From assembly GCA_036172245.1 (NCBI GenBank), contig JAYWIR010000024.1, forward strand, positions 496,001-560,000: a stretch of 64,000 bases of DNA, in the 5' to 3' direction. Source of the DNA: Raillietiella orientalis (Eukaryota). Below, one piece after another: positions 52,601 to 64,000 of this stretch (position 1 is the first letter of the stretch; the number at the start of each line of letters is the position of its first letter). The translations under genes were made by a program, and so were the position numbers. The notes under the pieces are model-generated. The model did no database searches. It had not been told where the DNA came from and saw only the letters and a list, made by a program, of their open reading frames with translations.

Positions 52601-54476
52601 AACATGAATAAGTAGGAGTTGCTAATTTTTACATAGGCAAATTCGTAGGAGGAAACTGGCACAGGAGCTGAAAAGAAGTGTGAAATCTGGCGCATCCCAA
52701 TGAGTTGTTTTTTAACAAGTGATCTTAATAACAAGGAAAGAAATGAAATGAGGAAACATTCAGAATGGAAATGAAGAAATTTCCTTATTAGTAATGGAAA
52801 AAAATTGGTATTTCAATCTGAAAGGAATACTGATATTGAAAATTAGAGGGAGAAGTGACAAAACTCCCGCTTACTGAAAGAAATTAATAAAAGAAATTCA
52901 TTTGTATAACGAATATATTACGCCTTGGAGTAAGTGATTCTCATTGTTTGATGAATAATGCATACTGCACTTTGGAAAGTACTGCTCTGGAGAACTTTGA
53001 AGCAAGCTTTGTTAAGTTTTTAAATTTGTGATACTTTCTGATACTTAAGGAAAACCTCTCAAAATTGAATGCGTTCCTTATGCGTATTTAATTGTTGAAA
53101 ATTTTTCTTGGTGAATATGGGCAATTTTTGCTTTTTTTCAAAGTTTCTCCTATTCTTATGGAAACCTTGATGCAAAATTTTGATGAAGTTTTTTTCAGCA
53201 AAAAAATTGGATGTTAAACCTTCCTTGACAGTACCAGAGAGGTACAGCTATGTACCAGCTTTAACTCAAACAATTTCCATCTGTAAGGATGGAAATTATA
53301 AAAATGTTCCTACGCTAATACGTTATGAAAGGAATTATACTTTGGTCGGAGGCATCAATCGACCCAAGGTCTTGACTTGTTACACGTCCGATGGAATCAA
53401 GCATTTTCAATTGCTTAAAGGAAAAGATGACCTACGTCAAGATGCTGTTATGCAACAAATCTTCCAGACAGTCAATAAGCTTCTAGTGTTGGATTCAGAA
53501 GCATCAAAGCGTCATTTGCGAATACGAACTTACAATGTTGTACCACTTTCACAACGCAGTGGCATCATTGAATGGTGTCAAAATACCCTAACATTTGGAG
53601 AGTATTTGGTAGGAAATGGCGACACTGGAGCCCATGCTCGATACTTTCCTCTCGATTGGACCGGATCACAATGCAGAAAAAGAATAACAGTAAGCAGAGT
53701 TTTGACTTCTGACAAGTAACTCGATGTTAATTTGGTATCAAGAGTGCGGTTGGCAAATCACTTGAAGAAAAACTGCAAGCATATAATGAAGTATGCATGC
53801 ATTTGCATCCAGTTTTTTATCGTTTCTTTTTGGAAAAATTTTCTTCATCATCTATTTGGTGGGAGAAACGATTATGTTATGTTCACAGTGTATCAACAAA
53901 CTCCATGATTGGCTACATTCTTGGACTTGGTGACCGCCATGTGCAGAATATTTTGATTGATATGGAAACCGCAGAATTGATCCACATTGATTTTGGTAAG
54001 ATGGTTCTGTGGTGAATGTACCTGATTGTATTTCAGGTGTGGCTTTTGAACAAGGTCGCATATTACCTACTCCAGAAACAGTTCCCTTTAGACTGACAAG
54101 AGACATTATTTCTGGAATGGGAGTCTGTGGAACAGAAGGTCCATTTCGGCGTTGTTGTGAAATAGCATTGCGAGTGCTGCGAGAAAATGCAGAAATTCTA
54201 TATACTTTACTTGAGATTTTATTATATGATCCACTGTACATATGGACTATTACAGCTGAGAAAGTTGCACGGATTCAACAAAGACATATAGTGGCAACTC
54301 CCATGGATACCAATAAAATGGCAGAGCGAGTGCTTCTCCAACTGAGACAGAAATTGCAAGGATTAGAAAAAAATGTCGTTTTGAGCATTCAGGGACAAGT
54401 AAATCATTTATTTCAAGAAGCTTGCAGCACATACAATTTGTGTCGATTGTACTCTGGATGGCAAGCATATTTATAG
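40629..54476 (+). CDS. ATM: Serine-protein kinase ATM (PIKK; TAN, FAT, kinase, FATC), many exons
   Basis: Exon 1 40629-40685 MGLTEVCMNLISDKVQERK (TAN motif LxSxKxxERK); CKIGEEVIPVL; WMQLAGSLFEKYP; FRVMSLWLKN; VPLFPQLTARL; GGINRPK; KGKDDLRQDAVMQQIF; GYILGLGDRHVQNILID; HIDFGVAFEQG; PETVPFRLTRD; NKMAERVL; FATC LCRLYSGWQAYL*. Large introns 42155-44211 and 51341-53198; most other introns traced are ~39-60 nt. Not every internal exon was traced. Confidence 0.96.
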
Positions 54477-54493
54477 CAAGTAATCAGCCTTTA

Positions 54494-55322
54494 TCAACAA
54501 TAAAGATTGTTTTCCGTTTGCATTGCATGCAGTTTCTTCAACTGATTTATTGTGTCAACAGAGTGAAATAATGAACGTGGAAAAACGGATGATAAAGCAG
54601 TTAATGCTTTTGGCATTAATAGTGAATCCAAGTGTTCTTGCTCTGTATAAAGAACATACAGTTGGCAAGACAAATCATCATGTTGGCAAGTGGTGAGAAC
54701 AGCTGCCGCCAGTCCAGATAATATATTAGGTCTTTCAAGAATTGGGCAAGATAACAAATCGGGGCAACATGATGACTTTAATCCTCGTAACAAGCAAGTT
54801 TCCTGTTGATCATTTGGACCAATATATTGTGCCAGTGGAAGAGTTGTTAGCACAAGAATGCGCAGTTCATCTTTATTTCTCAAAAGGCTAAAAATCTAAC
54901 AAGCCATGTTTTTAACTCAGTTTAGATCGGAATAATGACAAACCTTATCACATGCATCAAGTGAATGTTCCTTAGGCAATTTTTCATTTACTAAAATAAC
55001 ATGGACATTATCTGGAAGGTGAAAGCAATGGCAACTCTTGGCATTATCTACAAACAGTGTATGTTGCCCATAGGAATCCTTTCGCAGAAAGGTTGTGCCC
55101 AATTCTAATTTCAAATAAGTAAGTTATCAAGGAAAATAGAGTCAGACCATTGGCTACTTTTCCTTGTAAAAATACCAAAGTCTTAGCATTCTGTAAAGTA
55201 TCCCCAGGATCCTCACACCAAAATACTGGACATTCAATGTACATTTCGTGTATATCTTCATCTTCCTCATCTTCAACAGCTCGAGATGCTTTTGGTAAAC
55301 TTACCTCACCAAAAAAGCTCAT
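54494..55322 (-). CDS. PSMG1: Proteasome assembly chaperone 1 (3 exons)
   Basis: Exons 55322-55148, 55104-54944, 54895-54494. N-terminal FFGEV..SRAVEDEEDE and C-terminal LERPNILSGLAAAVLTTCQ...NNLYC match PAC1, including the terminal Hb-Y-X motif. Confidence 0.9.
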
Positions 55323-55736
55323 TTTCTGATAACCTTTTAGTCATTCATATATTTTATGGAGCAGGGTTTAATCGGCAATCATCCTCCCCTGCATAGTTTA
55401 AGCTAGTTTGTATTTTCTCTCATTTAATTAAAAAAAAAATTTCCCATCTTTTTTTGTAAGTAATGTAATTGTAAAGTAATTGTTAGGACCGTTGTGAAAT
55501 CTGCCACATATAAAACAATGCAGCTTCTGTAGTAAAACAACTTTTTATGCATAGAAATTGTGTAATTAAGTGCGCATCTGTAAATTATTTTAAATGTTAA
55601 AATAATATAAATGTGATGTTTTTCTAGCTCTTGTTCCAAGAAGCAATTTGTGTTCAATGTCTGCACTTATTGCTAAAATTATATGGAAAGGCATGAAAAA
55701 TTGGACAATAAAACTGATGCTTAAAAAAAATATTTA

Positions 55737-58700
55737 TTAATCAGCAGTGAGAAAACTAGTCCATCCCTTTACACGCTCTTCATATTCTTTTTCTGTTTCC
55801 TCAACCCTATATAAATAATGGAATTATGTCACAGACTGCATTAGAACTCACAAATATTTTGTAACTCCATCCCAGGTTTCAGCATGCAACTGACGACCAC
55901 CAAACCAACGGCCATCCATCCGCTGTATGCACCTATCAGCTTGCTCAATAGTGCTAAAAAAGACTTGTACAATGCCACCCGGATTGCGCTGAGAAGAGAT
56001 TCTATATTTTATCAAAGCCAGTTTGTTGCTTTACTCACATCAAAGATCAACACTTTTTTAACAGTTCCTAATTTATTGCATTCTTCACGCAAGTCATCTT
56101 GCAGGGTCAAAAGAAGGCTAGGATCTTTTTCAAAATCATGTACATCAAACATGTTATGTAAAACAACCACTTTTTCATGTTTTGCTCGTTCTCCTCTTAA
56201 CTTGTCTGGTCTCCAGTCAAAAAGTCTATACAGTCAAATGAAGAAAGTTTGAAGCAATAATTTCTTTATTCTTACTTTTCTTTTATTTTATTCAGTTTTT
56301 CCTTATCCTTCTTCTTCTTTTTAGGTTTCAGTGATGGATCATACTGACCTTTTTGATGAAATTTGGCACGTTCTACATGAATTGTATGTCCCTTAAATTG
56401 GTATCCATCCAAGATATTCAGAGCTAAGTCAACAGATTCCACCTACAATAAGTTGTTGAGATTTGGGTTGCAAGGCATGCATTTTACTTTAATATATGTG
56501 CACAAAGCATCTCCTTTGAAATTTCCTTCTTCATCACGATACAATTTCACTTTCATGTGACCTGTATGTATATCTCTCAAGATCATACCGCATTTACTTG
56601 CTAATTCCACAAATTCTTCTTCAGTAAGATCAAGAGGAAGTTGACTTACATAAATTTTAGTATTATGAGCATCATCCAAATCAAACCAAGCTTTGGTTGC
56701 AGCCATTCAAATTCAAAGAAATAAGCTCAAGCTTATTTGTTACCTGGCTGTGAAGGAACTTTTTTCTTTGCTGGTGGCTCACTTTCAGTTATTGGTTGTG
56801 GAGCAGGAGTGGGCTTATCATTTGATATAGGAGCCTCTGCAGAAGAAGTCTGACCATAATTCATCTGGTACTCAGCCAAGAAATCTTCAGTTATCTAAAT
56901 GTGGAATAAAATCCTGCATAAAAGTTCAAGTACAATAAAAAGAGCTATACATCATTCAAATGCAATCCTTTTATGCAGAACAGTAATAGGAACCCTACCA
57001 TTAAATTTGATTGAGGAAACCAATTCTGAATTATGTCTAATTCTGAAATGTTAACTGAAGAGGTTTTCATAATGGATTTTGATCCATTCAAAGCAAATTG
57101 CATTCCTATTGCTCAGTTTCAGTTTCACTCCTATTGCTCAAGAAGACCAATAGCTTGGTAAACTTTACATTGTTTTAAATGAAATGAACTTAAAAAATAG
57201 GTTCCTTCCAATTCATTCTTTCAACAGCACTTATATGTGTGAAATTACACAAACAAGATACTTAAAATATACGAGAACTTGTGTCAAATTATTAACATGT
57301 GTAATTCACATGTTTGTAACCTAATTCCTTGAACATCAAAGTCAGTCTTTTACGAGATAAGGACTGCAATTCAAAAAATTCAATTAGACAGCATTACTCC
57401 AAATCTACATTTTACAACTGCCATAAAAATTTCATAATTATGATCTTTAGAAAATCAATCAACTGAAAGGATTCATTAGTAAAGAGGATAAAGCACTTAC
57501 AAATATGTCTTGTTAGAGCAATCATTTAATTTAATTTGTGGTGCAAACAATTTGTTGACATAGTTTACTATAAAAATTTTAATATTTACATGAAATGGCA
57601 ACAAAACGATACAATAATTTTCAAATTTCGGCTGTTAATGAAAATGTTTACCAGCTTCGAATCTATTTACCCTCGAGAGAATTCAAAAAAATGAATCCAC
57701 ACGTGCTGTTACGTACCTCTCGAAGAAAGTATATGGGAAAAAAGACTTGTATGTGAAGAGCAAAAATAAAATTCGAGATTCAATGTTCGTTTATTGGATA
57801 ACATAAGACAACCGATCCTAAAAGGAAGCAAGAAAAACTTTCTGGCCTGAAACACTGAAATAATTATGAAAACGCGAGATCAAGGGTCTACATCAAAATA
57901 AATAAACAGTCTTTTGAAGGTGCAGAAACTGGAATGGAGCTAACTTAAGTCATGAGGCAATTAAAACTCGAAAGCTCCACAACTACGTAGAAAAATTAAC
58001 AAATTGCTTTGTCAAATACTTTGTTTTGCAAAAAAATAAACACTTGATGCCCAAGTACTTGGTGTATATCTACAAATTACCATGTACCAATTAGTGGTAA
58101 AACATTACTAAGAAAGGCAACTCCTGAATTTACCTACGATGGCAAAATAAATTACCAAATTATTTTGCATTACGATTTCTTTCGTACTTGTGTTGGTTCT
58201 GTGTATTAAAACTTTGGAATATAAAGGAGCATAAGCAGTTTCTCTAAAATACACTTGCCATTAATTCCTGTTATCAATAGCTATGATACCTTTGGAAACC
58301 ATGCTTGTTTTTCATAATCCCAAAAGAAAACAGCACCTTCGGAATCGACAAAAGTATAAGTCTTTAGGACTGGATCGTACACTTTTTTTGAATCCGTATC
58401 TGCTTGGAATTCAGGGGTACGTATATTATTCTTGTCGGTTACATTTTCTGCAGACCTATCTGCTATATTTTCTGAATCTGGCAAAGAATGATTTGGTTCT
58501 TCGGCTTCAGCTTCACTTTGCTTGGGAAGCCAACTTTGTTTCTCATAATCCCAAAATAACACATGACCATCTGCATCAATATACGTATATGTTCCTAAGT
58601 CTGAATCCCACACTCTACTGAATTCACTGGCTTTGGGAACATATTTGCCCGAATCATTTGTTGTACGTGAATCCTTTTGTGCTCCTTCCTCTTCACTTTC

Positions 58701-58868
58701 AAGTTCTGATTCTGAACTTGATTCATCAGTTTTTTTCTCTTTAAATTCCTCCCACTGTTGGTTTGAGGCATTCCATAAATAGTGTACTCCACTTACACGA
58801 TCGGTATATGAATACTTCCCATCTTTGTATTGGTACTCATACGTGTCTACTGTTTTCTGTTCTTCCAT
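55737..58868 (-). CDS. HTATSF1: HIV Tat-specific factor 1 homolog (Tat-SF1/Cus2; RRM + UHM; 7 exons)
   Basis: Exons 58868-58290, 56894-56744, 56690-56488, 56442-56276, 56225-56039, 55988-55852, 55806-55737. WFPKITEDFLAEYQMNYG, NTKIYVSQLPLDLT, KVKLYRDEEGNFKGDALCTYIKVESVDLA, LFDWRPDK and GRWFGGRQL are Tat-SF1 hallmarks. Confidence 0.94.
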
Positions 58869-61800
58869 ACTAAATACACGCTTTATGAAACCTCACATTT
58901 GGAAATCTTAATTCTTTGAAAAACTTAGGAAACCTAAATTCGAAGTGAGCAAACAGTACACAAATGTCACATGCGCTTTCCAGTGTAGCGCTTTGCCACT
59001 TACAAGTTATCCTAAAACAAAACATTTTTTGTTGCCAAATTCAGATGCCAAGAAAAAAACGAAAACTCAAATATCATCATTTATTTATGATGGGCATAAA
59101 TCAACAGATAAAAGAGGGAATTCTTGTATAATTTCAATACAAACAATTTTTACATTCTTTTCATGTTCATAAATATGTAATTACATATTGTGATGATAAT
59201 AAGCATCCTACCGTAGGTGATGAGACTTTTAATACGCAATTCTTCGATATTTTTATGATATTCATCAGTTTGGCCGATTGTTCTCAGAAAAGGAGAAAAT
59301 CTAAAAAGTTATTTATGGCAATCAATCCATCTGGATCCGATCGAGTATACTAGACAAGGCAAAGTTTCAGAATAAACATCAGCATTTTATTGAATAATTT
59401 CTAGCGACAACTTCTCCTTTAGAATGAACATAAAGATTTCCATTAGTTTATTCGAGGTGAATTACTCAGTGCCATACCAGAACAGCTTATAAAGCTTTGT
59501 TTCCTCATATAATCCAAGTAAAAATTAGAAAAATACTTGATTAAATATTTCATTGTTGTTTTATATTCAAGTAATAAAGTAACAATCCCATCTCATTCTT
59601 TCACCTACACTCACATGGAAGATTTTCAGAACATGATTATTTTCCATATAGATGGGCCATTACATTTTCTTGATAAAATCCTATGGTTCGATTCTTCAGA
59701 GAAAATAAAATGCCAATATTTTGAATGACTGTTTTTAAGAGATGCACAGACGCTCTTGCTGACGACTCATTCCAAAGTTCAGCGTTTGAAAAACGAGCCA
59801 AGTGTATTCTTTCCTTTAAATCAGAGAATTGTGTTTTCACCGGAACACCTTGAGAATACAGATATTGTGGTTCATCTTCAGTTGGTCCCGACATATCAGC
59901 AATTTTTCCTAGATGATCCGCCACCAAATAATCCCATATTTGAACGAATCTTTTAGATATTGTGTCGACATAACATTGTCATCAAATTTATTATGGCTCG
60001 AGAAACACTTTTTAAATCACTAAAGTACTATATGAGACTGTTATTAGTTGTGATGTGTGATATTAATCATGTGTGATTGAGTTTGCTTGTATGATTGATA
60101 CTTGAGTTTCAGATTGCAACTTGTTTCATTCCTTTAAGCAGTCGAAGTTCTTTTGAGTTCATATCTGATGTGTTGTAACTATTGATGAATTCGCTTTATG
60201 AGAATGTACAGAGCAAATGAATAGAACATTCAGCGTGACACACGAAGTGTTAAAGAAATCTGCTTGGGAATCCTTTTGAAATAGCAATTATTAGATGTCG
60301 ACCTCAAAATAAAAATTAAGCTATTGATTTTTAGAACATGAGAAAGAAAGGAAAAGCAACAATCGCATACGAAAGATTTTCAACATAGCAGGGAAAATTT
60401 TCTCTATATCGACCACAATGTAGATGATTTTTATCAAAAGAATTGGGAAAACGAAAAAAGATAACACAAGGAAGGCTTTAAAAGGAGTTGAATGTACAAC
60501 ATGAAAGGAAGAGAAAAGGGAAGAAACATGAACTTTTGGGTCAACTTTTAAATTGAGAAGTTAGAATACCTTATGCTCTGATGTGTTTGAGGAAGTGATC
60601 ATGATTTCAGTTTAACTGAAATATTTAAAATCACTGAGAAAAGCAATCTTAAAGTTGAAGGAGGGAGTGGGAATGATGTAACTCAACGGCTATAATTTGG
60701 AAGATGTTTGGAAATACAAACCAAACGTAAAGCATGACTCTTAAACTAGAAGAGTTAGTGAGTTTTACATCTTTTCTTGTGAAGTCTCTTTACTGTTATT
60801 CAATCCGCATCTACAGACATTATCCAAATTCTCGTTTGATTATAAGTTCGTTTTTCCCGCTGAGTTACATTTTTCGTATTCTCCTTTCCATCTCAGATTC
60901 AGACTAGAAACGACTGATGAAATTAAATATGAGCAAAGACACGATGAAGCATTGTGGGAACCAAACCAAACGAAGCTACTGCTCCATTGGGATATTCTCC
61001 ACGTTCCCTAGACAGAAAAATAGCAATTTGCAAAAAATGGGAATTTCAACTAGATGAGAATGCAACCGTGTGATAACGGCAGATGCATTTTTACCGCCTT
61101 TTATTCTGGACAAGAGTCGTAATAAGTAAAAAACGGTTAAACTGCAAGCAGCACTGTGTAATTATCGGATTCGTGTGTAATAATTTTCGAAGTCCCAGAT
61201 ATATCTACGTGATGTACAAAGGTAGAGAATCCGAAAGGATGGGTTTCACAAGAAAATTTGTAGATCATTAGCAAATTCCCTTGCTTTCCGGACGAAGTTC
61301 CAAAAAATAAATGACGACAATACCAGAAGTCAGGTGAAAGCCGATTTAAGATATGTGGTTATCGCTGCAGAACGATTTTTAATTGAGGTGAAACATGAAA
61401 TTCATTAAATCCGAACCACTTTAATGGAATCATTAGGAAACAAAATGATTTCGAGAAATCAAGAAAAGTTGAAATTTACCTGATCAAGAAATTTCCATCA
61501 ATAAACATTCAATTTTTATTCGATCGGATCATGGAAATCCATAATCTGAGTACCCTGAAGTAGGGGAAGCGCTTGTTATACAAATGCGCGGTTAGAAGAT
61601 GTGTGGTTCCGATATTCCTTGTTCAAAGAACTTGAATAATTTGTCGTGTAGGAAAATGTACGTTTTTTTTTTTTTTTAATACAAGATCTAAACCCAGCGA
61701 TGGGGACTCTAGGAATGAATGGAAGAGTCACATCTGATGGGATGCATGCCATGGTCACAAGCTTCAGAAACGTGTTTCCTGAAACGGAAGCTGAGCATCT

Positions 61801-62869
61801 CTTATGTGTCGTTTAATCGTTAATCCTTGAGTGTTCTGCTATTTCAGTATTAGTTACACGAAGTATTCTTCATGTTACGGAAACGTTTGTTTCATCTGTT
61901 TTCAAATTTAGGATGGAAGTCATCGGATGGAACTTGAAGACCAAGAAATTTCCAAAAATGTTAGCCGCACCTGTAGATCCGTATCTTTTGATTTTCTAAT
62001 TTTTATAGCATTTGAACCGGATGCACCGAACTGTTCTCAGGAGAGAGTTTGCGCAAGTTGGGTTATCTTCTGCTGGACTAAAGTTGAACAGTATTGGGCA
62101 ACCCGAATGGTACTATCCTCATACTTGTTGGAGATCTGTATTGCAGCTCATGCGACATAGCCCTGATCCAATAAATTGTGGGACGGATTCTGATAGTTTC
62201 CAAAATGTTTCCAGAGTCATTGTATACAAATCAAGATGTTCGGTTTCTATGAGGAATCCTTTCGTCTGAGTCACGGGTGGCAACGTTGCAATGCTCTCGA
62301 ATTCCTTTTTCAAAGTCGTGACGTATCCCATCGCATAAACTATGAGAATGAACAAGATTCTTTTTTCCTGCCTCTGAACATGAAATAGAGATACTTCCAA
62401 AAGGGATAAGCCTATCGTTTGCAACACTTTCAGTGCTTGATTTCCCTTTCTTTTTCACTTTTGGTTTACGTCTTCAAACTGAAGATATCTATCTCCTCCC
62501 TTGCAGATTGCACACATTAGTTGACAGCTGCCAGCCACGGATAACTAGAAACTTTATTTATTATTAAATAAGTCCTCTGATTGAAAAAAAAAAAAAAAAG
62601 CATTTAAAATTTCTGAATGTCCTATCCAAGTGTAATTAACTTGTGATCTCAATTGCACTCTGATAGCCCTGCTAGCTCCTATAAACAAGGCCTATAACTC
62701 TGGAACCTTAATGTGCATCTTATCTTTACTAAGGAAAAGTTTTCAATTGAAAAAGGCACACTGGAAATTTATCGAGATCCGATGTCCAGTGCTCCAAGGG
62801 AGTCATGGTTTACAGCCTCGTTTCCAGAGTGTGCGTTGCTTATTTCAAGCAGAATGAGTAGCTGCTCTC

Positions 62870-64000
62870 ATTGTGTTGCTTAACAACGTACACAGAACGG
62901 CGGTTCTCTCGGGGGGTTTGATACCCTCAAAGATTGAATCCCGGATTCGAATCTTCCAATCCTTTACTTTGCAGTGCCGAGACATGGAAGACCTGAGCAG
63001 GTCTCTGATGCTCGAATTTCCTTTCCCGTTGCGCCTCAGCTCAGCTCCAGACCGAATGACTTTTGGATTGCATGGGGGCGAAAAGCCTGAAGGAAAGAGT
63101 AGTGGTGCGACCAGTACGATCTCAGCAAAGTGAAATGCTTGATCCAGGAGCCCTCAGTCTAAAGTGCACGTCTCTTGCACCCATTATGCTTACAAGCCAA
63201 GGGCCGCGAGTTGTCATACCCAACACTGTGGGATGAACTTCCAAAGGCGTCTGCAAACGTTACTTGGGAAAGAAATGGGAACCGGGAGGAGCGCTCGAGG
63301 GTTACGCCCGCTGTCCTGCACTATGATCTTCGGCAAAGAATCCTCAAGACGACCTGTCCCTTTGGATTCCGGTTTGAATCCTGTCAGCTGCTCGCTGGTT
63401 TTCGTAAACGGGAGGCCTTTCTGGCATCGATCCGCCGACTCTCCACACGCTACCGCTTCCCTGTCGAAGGAGAGTTCTTGGTGATCTCAAGATGAGGCAT
63501 CGGAAAGCAATTCCGTCTCGCGATGGCGCGCGTCGGTAATCGTTCTATAAAGAGAATGCGCCCCACGAACCCTGGAAAAGATGCTTATCTTCAAAAATAT
63601 AGTCAACTCGCGAAAATTCTGATCCGCTCACTTGGGATACAAACACAGCTATGATCTGACAACATGGAGCATGCGGAGAGCATACGAAGAACTCAGAAAG
63701 CAAAAACGGAAATTTGGTCTGCTAGGAGATGAAGCGAATGTTTCCCTACTGCTTCTTCTTCGCTTTGCAACGATTTCGCACGTCTTCGTCGCCAGGAGAC
63801 AAGCACCGTTGTTTAGCGATGTGGTCCGAAGTGTTTCCCAAGCTTCGCAATTGAACCCGGAAGACGTGCAAAAATACAATTCCTACCAATTTGAAATCAC
63901 ATTCGAATCCCAAGACACGGGCATCTTCAAGAACGCAAAGCCACCGATGGTTTTCAACCCCGCTCTGCATGTGATCATTCCCAATGCTTGATATGTGCCT
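62870..64000 (+). mobile_element. Decayed non-LTR (L1/Tx1-like) ORF2 post-RT region, running off the window end
   Basis: SKIESRIRIFQSFTL (KIxxRLxxW-like), TWERNG..RSRVTPAVLHYD (FxWxG..RV-like) and WSMRRAYEELRK; frameshifted; GC-richer than its flank. Confidence 0.55.

Noticed and set aside
59726..59728. In-frame TGA read as selenocysteine
   Set aside because: No redox motif context and no recognisable SECIS seen downstream.
1..64000. CRISPR arrays, prokaryotic operons/defence systems, tRNA/rRNA/snRNA genes
   Set aside because: The sequence is intron-rich animal DNA; I recognised no spaced direct-repeat array or structured RNA gene by eye (an Infernal/tRNAscan run would be decisive).

Overview
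Eukaryotic (invertebrate animal-type) genomic DNA with no prokaryotic features. Six intron-containing genes can be reconstructed by hand. A Mastermind-like Notch co-activator (+, 11146-19813) lies in a more GC/CpG-rich domain littered with decayed L1/Tx1-type non-LTR retrotransposon relics. An AT-rich, compact housekeeping cluster follows: dolichol kinase (+, 28197-29957), PPIL4 (-, 35489-33814), ATM (+, 40629-54476), PSMG1 (-, 55322-54494) and HTATSF1/Tat-SF1 (-, 58868-55737). Most introns are tiny (about 39-63 nt). Points worth a second look: ATM and PSMG1 stop codons only 17 nt apart; a non-LTR insertion with 5'-inverted (twin-priming-like) architecture; a triplicated aromatic N-terminal module in Tat-SF1; three long near-perfect hairpins; an overlapping uORF and a CSL/Su(H) consensus site at mastermind; and an apparent CpG-rich/CpG-poor domain boundary. 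No clearly novel multi-gene system is demonstrable from sequence alone. Gene identities rest on recalled family motifs, not database searches.
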